A stretch of DNA of 64,000 nucleotides, from positions 310,001 through 374,000 of the IMG/VR virus record IMGVR_UViG_3300032334_002567; one strand, written 5' to 3'. This document shows, one piece after another, positions 8,332-14,154 of this stretch. The notes beneath the pieces are model-generated. The model saw nothing but the letters and a program-made list of their open reading frames with translations. It ran no database searches and had not been told where the DNA came from. Position 1 is the first letter of the stretch. Every line of letters starts with the position of its first letter. A program made the translations under genes and the position numbers.

Positions 8332-8475
8332 ATGGAAATTAAATTCAACTTCAAAACACGTCAGTACGACGTTTGCATCACATTCTTCGACGGCAGAACC
8401 CCCATAAATGTTTGCTCTTTCTACAAAGAGTCGGATGCTCGCGCCTACGTCATGGTTCACAATGTCAAGTGTTAG
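8332..8475 (+). CDS. Small hypothetical protein (47 aa)
   Basis: CCAACGGAGAAGCGATCATG leader. Confidence 0.7.
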   Translation: MEIKFNFKTRQYDVCITFFDGRTPINVCSFYKESDARAYVMVHNVKC

Positions 8476-8534
8476 ATTCAATAAATAAATTGTACCCTGA
8501 CAGAGTGTTCGATCCACCCCAACGGAGTTTTGAA

Positions 8535-8687
8535 ATGACCGAAAACGAAATCAATGTTCTGGAAGAGGCCGCATCGCACATTCGAAACGATGCTTACAAC
8601 TGCGATAGCAGTCTGGATCGCAAGTATTTCGAAAAGCTTGCCGATAAGATCGAAGACATTATCGCCAAGCATAATCAAAGCAAATAA
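8535..8687 (+). CDS. Small hypothetical protein (50 aa)
   Basis: Repeat module upstream; stop overlaps the next repeat. Confidence 0.7.
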   Translation: MTENEINVLEEAASHIRNDAYNCDSSLDRKYFEKLADKIEDIIAKHNQSK

Positions 8688-8736
8688 ATTGTACCCTAGA
8701 TGATTGTTCGATTCACACCCCAACGGAGAAGCGATC

Positions 8737-9117
8737 ATGGCAAGCTGGTACACCGTCAGCGAGAGCAAGATTCAGTGGGCTCCCATCGGCACCCGTGTTC
8801 TGAAGACTGGCGAGACTAAGCCGAAGTTTTCCCGGATCGGCGTCCGTATCAATATGGTGGACGGTAGCTGGTGGTTCCACAGCTTCAAGCACGATAGCTG
8901 GACGCAACACTATCCCCGGAAGCAGGCCACCGACAAGCTGGGACGGCCCATTTTCGAGGATGGTCAGCCGCTCCTGCGACCGGAACGCAAGGAAACCTAC
9001 CGCAACTGGATGGCGGTTGTGAGAGAGTTCGGCACTCGACTGCCCGCTCTGGTTGTCGCTCTGGAAAACGGTCACGCCGAAGCTCTGCTAGCCGAAGCAG
9101 AGAAAACGGCAGCGTAA
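8737..9117 (+). CDS. Hypothetical protein, C-terminus ...EKTAA
   Basis: Leader CCAACGGAGAAGCGATCATGG, shared with the gene at 8332. Confidence 0.8.
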   Translation: MASWYTVSESKIQWAPIGTRVLKTGETKPKFSRIGVRINMVDGSWWFHSFKHDSWTQHYPRKQATDKLGRPIFEDGQPLLRPERKETYRNWMAVVREFGTRLPALVVALENGHAEALLAEAEKTAA

Positions 9118-9190
9118 AACGTGTGCTAGGGGCGGCAAGGCTCTACGGCCAAAAGCCGCGAAACTGCTAGCCGCCCCTAGCCCGTTGGGG
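9118..9190 (+). repeat. GC hairpin-CCGTTGGGG element (divergent copy D)
   Basis: GCTAGGGGCGGC ... GCCGCCCCTAGC stem, then CCGTTGGGG. Confidence 0.75.
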
Positions 9191-9253
9191 TACTTATAAA
9201 TAATTGTACCCTAAAAGTGTGTTGCGAACGCCCCTCTTTTTCAAGGATGAAAA

Positions 9254-9424
9254 ATGTACGCTCTGACGATGATCATAGGTTTTCTTGGCTACGGGTTCGG
9301 GTACGAGGGTTGTGAAAAAGGAAAGATATATTTCGGCGTGTATACCCCCAAAGCCGAATATGGTTGGGTCATGACAGAAAAAGACGTTTATCTGGATACC
9401 GTGTACCAGAAAACTTCTAAATAA
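9254..9424 (+). CDS. Small hypothetical protein (56 aa)
   Basis: AAGGA RBS; stop overlaps the next repeat. Confidence 0.6.
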   Translation: MYALTMIIGFLGYGFGYEGCEKGKIYFGVYTPKAEYGWVMTEKDVYLDTVYQKTSK

Positions 9425-9465
9425 ATTGTACCCTAGTTGATTGTTCGATCCAACCCCAACGGAGA

Positions 9466-9690
9466 ATGACAATGCCAAATATCAACTGGTTCGACGGTCA
9501 GAATGCGGTTGGCAAGTACGTTATGGAACTCATGTACGACGACGGTAGCGTCAGCTACATGAAAAATGAGAACTACGAGCAGATTTGCCACTACTACCGG
9601 CTTGCTTTGGAAATGTCGGAAGTGGTGGGTGCGACCATCTACAACCCAAAGTGGCAAGTAGTTTGCTCGACAGCACGGGCCGCAGCGTGA
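9466..9690 (+). CDS. Hypothetical protein, C-terminus ...ARAAA
   Basis: Repeat module upstream. Confidence 0.8.
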   Translation: MTMPNINWFDGQNAVGKYVMELMYDDGSVSYMKNENYEQICHYYRLALEMSEVVGATIYNPKWQVVCSTARAAA

Positions 9691-9770
9691 ACACGGTTGC
9701 CTGGGCGGGTTGAGACAAAACTCCCCGCCCTGGCCTGTTAGGGTATTTATATTGTACCCTATAGAAGTGT
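9678..9770 (+). repeat. About 90-bp linker (Ala-Ala-Ala-stop, hairpin, repeat core), near-identical to 11926..12024
   Basis: GGCCGCAGCGTGAACACGGTTGCC(T/G)GGGCGGGT...TTTATATTGTACCCTATAGAAGTGT in both copies. Confidence 0.9.
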
Positions 9771-9796
9771 CAGCCACCCCAAACACAGGAGCCAAT

Positions 9797-9958
9797 ATGA
9801 GCAATAACGAAAAACCGTACTGCTTCGAAGAAGCCCGTTTCAAGCGTGAAATGGAATACGTGGCTCGTAAGCTCAAAGAGGCGTTGGAACTCAAGGAATA
9901 CGCCAAACAACTGGCAAAAGAAAAAGAACAAAAAGAGAAAGAGGAAAGCCGGGACTAA
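9797..9958 (+). CDS. Small charged coiled-coil protein
   Basis: AGGAG RBS after the repeat at 9750. Confidence 0.7.
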   Translation: MSNNEKPYCFEEARFKREMEYVARKLKEALELKEYAKQLAKEKEQKEKEESRD

Positions 9959-9987
9959 CACCCCCGGTTCTCTTTTTTAGTCGGCCA

Positions 9988-10033
9988 TAGGGTACAAATA
10001 AAATAAAAAGGGATATACAATAATTGTACCCTA
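9988..10033. repeat. Inverted pair TAGGGTACAA-N26-TTGTACCCTA
   Basis: Direct reading of the sequence. Confidence 0.9.
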
Positions 10034-10040
10034 TAACAGT

Positions 10041-10155
10041 GTGAATGATTGCGAGGCCGCACCATCGGCACTACTGTCCGGTTGCAAACGGCAGTAACTC
10101 GCGGGAGCGGTATGCCGAAAGGCAGCGAGTGGTGCACCCCATCGCAATCGTTCAC
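10041..10155 (+). ncRNA. Structured ncRNA (~115 nt) occupying its own unit of the array
   Basis: 14-bp closing stem 10041-10054/10142-10155; GCACCA/TGGTGC; hairpin 10072-10096; CTCGC/GCGAG; TGCC-GAAA-GGCA; no RBS or ORF between two repeat copies. Confidence 0.75.
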
Positions 10156-10209
10156 AACAAAACAATTGTACCCTAGAAAAGTGTTCGATTCACCCCAACG
10201 GAGACGATC

Positions 10210-10545
10210 ATGACTTTCGTCAACCTGACCCCGCACACGATCACTGTGGTTCTCGACAATACCAGCGTGCAATTCCCGGCTTCTGGCAACGTGGCCCGTG
10301 TTTCCACCAGTCGAGTCTCTGGCCCCACGCTAACCGTCTACGGCGATTCTGTCGGTATCCAGACTTCCCGTGTCGAGTTCGGGGCAGTCGAGGGGCTTCC
10401 CGATCCCGTGGACGGCACGGTTTACATTGTGAGCGGAATGGTCGCAGCCCGTGTCAACCGGCCCGACGTTTTCGCTCCCGGTGAACTGGTGCGTGATGCA
10501 AACGGCCAGCCCACCGGCTGCAAGGGTCTGACTTGCAGCGGTTGA
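10210..10545 (+). CDS. Hypothetical phage protein (VNLTPH.I N-terminus)
   Basis: Repeat module upstream; N-terminal motif I recall from phage hypothetical proteins. Confidence 0.8.
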   Translation: MTFVNLTPHTITVVLDNTSVQFPASGNVARVSTSRVSGPTLTVYGDSVGIQTSRVEFGAVEGLPDPVDGTVYIVSGMVAARVNRPDVFAPGELVRDANGQPTGCKGLTCSG

Positions 10546-10602
10546 TTATTATAATTGTACCCTATAGAAGTGTTCGATCCCAACCCCAACGGAGACTCAC
10601 GA

Positions 10603-11043
10603 ATGAACGACATTCTTCTCGCCGCCCTGACCAGCTGCTTCAGCAAGATGGCAAAGGCCGCTGGCCCGATTGCCCCCGGCCTGCACCAGGTCGATGAAAC
10701 GATCACGATGCGGGTCAAGGGCGAGGTGCTGAAGTCGGACGACGAAACCTACGTCCCGACGATTGCGATTCCCGTCAAGGCCGTGATGGCTACGTTGCTC
10801 CCCCGGTTGGGTGCGACACGGGAGGCTGCGATGGAAACGCTTATCGCCGCCATGACTGAAGCGGTCAATCTGGACAAGCTGGGCGATGAAACGCTCAAAG
10901 CCCGGATGAAAGACGTTGACGCGGCTTTCGAGCATGTGCAGAACGTGCTCGACGCCCTCCCGCCAAAGACACGGACGGGAAAGACGAACGTGGACGTGAC
11001 CCTTGTGGTCGCTCCCACGCCCGCCGTCGCACTTGTCCCGTGA
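10603..11043 (+). CDS. Hypothetical protein
   Basis: CCCCAACGGAG then ATG 10603. Confidence 0.8.
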   Translation: MNDILLAALTSCFSKMAKAAGPIAPGLHQVDETITMRVKGEVLKSDDETYVPTIAIPVKAVMATLLPRLGATREAAMETLIAAMTEAVNLDKLGDETLKARMKDVDAAFEHVQNVLDALPPKTRTGKTNVDVTLVVAPTPAVALVP

Positions 11044-11045
11044 CG

Positions 11046-11098
11046 ATACGGCATCGGGGGCGGGAGGAACTAACAACTCCCGCCCCCACTAGCCGTTT
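11046..11098 (+). repeat. GC hairpin (GGGGCGGGAG/CTCCCGCCCC; copy E)
   Basis: Same stem family as 5028 and 6729. Confidence 0.75.
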
Positions 11099-11152
11099 GT
11101 GCAATTGTACCCTATTGGTTTGTGTGATTCGTCCCTTTACTTTGGAGCAGTT

Positions 11153-11335
11153 ATGGAAGCGAAAATCGAGAACGGCTTTCTGGTTCTGCGAGTCCCGATG
11201 AATGCAACGCCGATTCGTTCGTCTACCGGCAAGACTTTGGTGGTTGCCTCGACCTATGGCAACAAGGCAACCGAAGTGACGGTGGACGGCAAGACGGTCA
11301 CCGTGGGCGTCAACGCCTATATCAAGGCCGCTTGA
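11153..11335 (+). CDS. Small conserved beta-rich protein (S.TGKTLVVAST.GN), C-terminus ...YIKAA
   Basis: GGAG RBS; ATG 11153. Confidence 0.8.
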   Translation: MEAKIENGFLVLRVPMNATPIRSSTGKTLVVASTYGNKATEVTVDGKTVTVGVNAYIKAA

Positions 11336-11356
11336 CCCCAACGGTTCGGATCGAAA

Positions 11357-11393
11357 GCCGGAGGGGACAGCCACCCCCTCCGGTTCTTTTTTT
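11357..11393 (+). terminator. Rho-independent terminator, repeated at 12470
   Basis: CCGGAGGGG-ACAGCCAC-CCCCTCCGG followed by TTCTTTTTTT. Confidence 0.85.
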
Positions 11394-11402
11394 AGCCCGC
11401 CA

Positions 11403-11439
11403 TAGGGTACAAATAAATATATAAAATAATTGTACCCTA
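11403..11439. repeat. Inverted pair TAGGGTACAA-N17-TTGTACCCTA
   Basis: Direct reading of the sequence. Confidence 0.9.
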
Positions 11440-11482
11440 GATAAGTGTTCGATCTAACCTTCCCTCTCACTTGGAGTCAACG

Positions 11483-11551
11483 ATGATCGCTCTCGTTCTC
11501 GCGTTTGGCCTTGGTTTCGCCGCCATTTCTGCCGTTTACTGGGTGCTGTAA
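11483..11551 (+). CDS. 22-aa single-helix membrane peptide (MIALVLAFGLGFAAISAVYWVL)
   Basis: TTGGAG RBS inside its own repeat-bounded unit. Confidence 0.55.
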   Translation: MIALVLAFGLGFAAISAVYWVL

Positions 11552-11644
11552 AGCTCCCAGTCTAACACCTGAGTGATTAGGGTATAAAGTAATTGTACCC
11601 TAGATAAGTGTTCGATCCGATCCCACCCCAACCGGAGACGCACG

Positions 11645-11938
11645 ATGAAGAACGCTTTCGACCGCACGAACAGCATGAAGAACAAGCTCAAGGCCGATTG
11701 GAACCGGATGGTGGGGGAACTGGTGTCCATCCCCGCCGGTTGCCAGATTCACAGCCTGACGCTCACGCAGACCAACTTCGGTTGGGTCTACGCCCGGAAG
11801 CACGGCCAGCCCGTGCCGGTCGCCCAGTTGCGGAACGCCGCCGTGACGAAGGGTTACTGTATCCTGCACGACGGCCCCAACTTCCGGGTGGCCCTCCCGC
11901 CGAAGCGGAACGGGGAGCCGGTCAAGGCCGCAGCGTGA
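11645..11938 (+). CDS. Hypothetical protein, C-terminus ...VKAAA
   Basis: Repeat module upstream. Confidence 0.8.
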   Translation: MKNAFDRTNSMKNKLKADWNRMVGELVSIPAGCQIHSLTLTQTNFGWVYARKHGQPVPVAQLRNAAVTKGYCILHDGPNFRVALPPKRNGEPVKAAA

Positions 11939-12024
11939 ACACGGTTGCCGGGGCGGGTCGAGACTAACTCCCCGCCCCGGCCCCGTTGGGGTACTTGTAT
12001 TTATATTGTACCCTATAGAAGTGT
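11926..12024 (+). repeat. Linker copy C (Ala-Ala-Ala-stop, hairpin, repeat core)
   Basis: Near-identical to 9678..9770. Confidence 0.9.
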
Positions 12025-12054
12025 TCGATCCCCACCCCCAACCGGAGCCGCCCC

Positions 12055-12444
12055 ATGTTGAATGAAGCGTTCTTTCAGGTGTGCAACGATGCCGTCCCCG
12101 CAAAGTCCAGCTACGTCTCGCTCTACGTCAACGTGCCGTACTACGGTGGGCCGGAGGAAGGTGGATGGTGGGGCAGTGACACCGCACTAGTCGCTCACTA
12201 CAAGTGTGACAGCCAGCCCCATGCCGAAGCTGTGAAGGCCCGTGTCGAGGAGCTGGCCCAGCAGTTGAGCGACGATGCCCGCCGGTCGTTTGGTCAAGCC
12301 TGCAAGGCCCAGTGTGAATGGCTGGACGCACGTGGGTTGGACGCCGACTACCTGCCCGAAGTGGACGGGGAGGAAACCTACTGGGTCGCCGTCGAGGATC
12401 GCCCCGGTGAACACGCCAGCCAAGGGTGCAGGCACTACGAATAA
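12055..12444 (+). CDS. Hypothetical phage protein (YGGPEEGGWW motif)
   Basis: Repeat module upstream; stop abuts the next repeat. Confidence 0.8.
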   Translation: MLNEAFFQVCNDAVPAKSSYVSLYVNVPYYGGPEEGGWWGSDTALVAHYKCDSQPHAEAVKARVEELAQQLSDDARRSFGQACKAQCEWLDARGLDADYLPEVDGEETYWVAVEDRPGEHASQGCRHYE

Positions 12445-12469
12445 AATTGTACCCTATCAAGCACACCGA

Positions 12470-12504
12470 CCGGAGGGGACAGCCAACCCTCCGGCTTTCT
12501 TTTC
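12470..12504 (+). terminator. Rho-independent terminator, paralogue of 11357
   Basis: CCGGAGGG-GACAGCCAA-CCCTCCGG followed by CTTTCTTTT. Confidence 0.8.
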
Positions 12505-12513
12505 AGCCCGCCA

Positions 12514-12552
12514 TTGGGTACAAATAAAGTAATACATAATAATTGTACCCTA
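12514..12552. repeat. Inverted pair TTGGGTACAA-N19-TTGTACCCTA
   Basis: Direct reading of the sequence. Confidence 0.85.
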
Positions 12553-12699
12553 GTAATATACAGGAGGGTATTACAAAGATAATAATACAGAAATAAAAAG
12601 CGAAAACCTTTTAAAAAAATTGTACCCTAGGTACCCTCCCCCCCGCAATTACTGTCTTATTTTTTAAGTCGTCCTGACTTTTTTTCCCGTATTAGCACC

Positions 12700-12768
12700 G
12701 TTGCAAAATCCCGGTTACAAACGTTGCAAAATCCCGGTTACAAACGTTGCAAAATACCAGTTACAAAA
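12700..12768 (+). repeat. Three tandem 23-bp repeats GTTGCAAAAT(C/A)CC(G/A)GTTACAAA(C/A)
   Basis: Copies start at 12700, 12723 and 12746. Confidence 0.9.
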
Positions 12769-13182
12769 TTTTGGCCCTAGTAATTCTTTATTTTCTCCAT
12801 ATGGGCTTAAGATTTTAATATTGATGACATCTTTAAAAAATCCAGCCAAAAAATTCCATAAAATTCTATTACAAATTTTGGCCCCAACAATTCTTCGTTC
12901 TATGCCGTATAAATAAATTAGGCAAAATGGAGTGCCTCTAAAAAAATGCGGCACGAAATTTTTAACGAAGGAGTGTTATGGATTATTATTCTATAAGTGG
13001 ATTGGCAGTAATTACATCAATTATTTGGTTGTTTTGCTATTGTGTAAAAATAACAATGGACAATAACGAATAGACCCCCTAGACAAAACCTACTCTTCTG
13101 GTAAGATGTCCCGTAAGGAGATCACAAAGAAGTTCTCTAGGAGAAAAAATGAAAGTCAAAAGCAGGTAGTGTTCTTACTAAA

Positions 13183-13365
13183 ATGATAGCAAAACTTATT
13201 TTAGCTTTTTTGCTGATTATAACCATTCTTGTTGGTTATAGTTCTATTCAAGCTGTTGCAGAACCTACAAAAGTAGAGAAAAAAGTAGAAGACAAATCGA
13301 AATGTTTTTGTAATGGATTAAGTTTGCCCCAAGAGCGTCAGTGTCCAACAATGAACGATTTGTGA
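13183..13365 (+). CDS. Small exported/membrane protein
   Basis: N-terminal hydrophobic signal. Confidence 0.55.
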   Translation: MIAKLILAFLLIITILVGYSSIQAVAEPTKVEKKVEDKSKCFCNGLSLPQERQCPTMNDL

Positions 13366-13595
13366 GATTCTTCATGGCATGGAATATCCCAGAAATTAAA
13401 AAATGGGCAAAGAACCATAAAATAGAAGTTAAATTAGACAAAGAGTCTAAAAAATACAGATGGACAATAGATGATAAAGTAAGTGAACTTTTATCTATAG
13501 ATGATTTAGTCCCTCAGGTATTTAACTTTTTAACGGACAACAAGTACGTTCAGCATCAGGAAGAATATAGGAACAAAAAAGACACTAAATTATAA
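13341..13595 (+). CDS. Hypothetical protein
   Basis: ORF track. Confidence 0.6.
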   Translation: MSNNERFVRFFMAWNIPEIKKWAKNHKIEVKLDKESKKYRWTIDDKVSELLSIDDLVPQVFNFLTDNKYVQHQEEYRNKKDTKL

Positions 13596-13611
13596 CATAT
13601 ATAAAATTGTT

Positions 13612-14154
13612 ATGTTATTTTTTAGAAGTTTTATTTGTTTTAGGTTAAATGGGAAAATAAATTCAAAAACAGTTAGTGAATTTGAAGAAATACTTTCAAA
13701 TTGTTTAAAAACAAAACAAAATATACTTCCTATAGTAATAAACTCAACAGGAGGTTGTGCTTATTCTTTAGTATCTTTATATGAAAAAATTAAAAAATCA
13801 AAAATAAAAGTAGCAACAATAGTTGAGCACAAAGCATTATCAGCAGCGGCATTTCTTCTGTCTTGTGGCAATCAAGGATACAGATATATGGCCAAAGAAG
13901 CAGTTGTTATGATACATGATGCACATTCAGCGGATTTAAAACCAGACTTAAAAGAAATAGAAAGAATTAATAGCGTATTATACAACATATTAGAAAACAA
14001 CTCTAATAAAAAAAACAACTTTTTTAAGAACATAATGCAAGACAATAAATGTTCAGATCTATATCTAAATGCTGAACAATGTCTCAAATATAAAATTATT
14101 GATTTTATTGGAATTCCTATAATTAAATCAATAATAGAAAAAGAATATTCATAG
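13612..14154 (+). CDS. clpP: ClpP-like protease subunit
   Basis: INSTGG, KALSAAAFLLSCG (catalytic Ser) and VMIHD (His) motifs; DLYLNAEQCLKY.IID tail. Confidence 0.85.
   Translation: MLFFRSFICFRLNGKINSKTVSEFEEILSNCLKTKQNILPIVINSTGGCAYSLVSLYEKIKKSKIKVATIVEHKALSAAAFLLSCGNQGYRYMAKEAVVMIHDAHSADLKPDLKEIERINSVLYNILENNSNKKNNFFKNIMQDNKCSDLYLNAEQCLKYKIIDFIGIPIIKSIIEKEYS

Larger units (their letters stand above)
243..12629 (+). repeat. Dispersed repeat WTTGTACCCTA-N7-GT(TCRA)...CCCCAAC(C)GGAG heading most units of the array
   Basis: 12-nt core starts at 243, 654, 1041, 1400, 2574, 2913, 3519, 4412, 5285, 5566, 5771, 6163, 6371, 7055, 7333, 7586, 7945, 8288, 8488, 8687, 9202, 9424, 9750, 10022, 10164, 10553, 11103, 11428, 11591, 12004, 12445, 12541, 12618 (manual count). 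Confidence 0.95.

Noticed and set aside
10041-10155. SRP RNA or twister-sister identity for the ncRNA
   Set aside because: It has GCC-GAAA-GGC-AGC but lacks the conserved CAGG strand of SRP; it has AGGCC and a UGCAA loop but lacks the GCUCA cleavage strand of twister-sister. Left unassigned.
8206-11200. Recurrent peptide (K)LYP..VFD..PNG at the start of several track ORFs
   Set aside because: It is the translated DNA repeat; the real starts are the ATGs after GGAG.
5028-11991. Integron attC interpretation of the AAC...GTT hairpins
   Set aside because: There is no RYYYAAC inverse core after the stops, CCCCAAC lies before rather than after the genes, only a minority of genes have a hairpin, and no integrase is in the window.
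5297-12030. GTTCRANNC in the leaders matches the tRNA T-loop / Pol III B-box consensus
   Set aside because: No consistent T-stem pairs around it and the genes use bacterial SD sequences, so it is better read as an initiation sequence.
243-12629. CRISPR array interpretation of the dispersed repeat
   Set aside because: Intervals are about 75-1200 nt and usually contain whole genes with RBS, not uniform 30-40-nt spacers; no cas genes are in the window.
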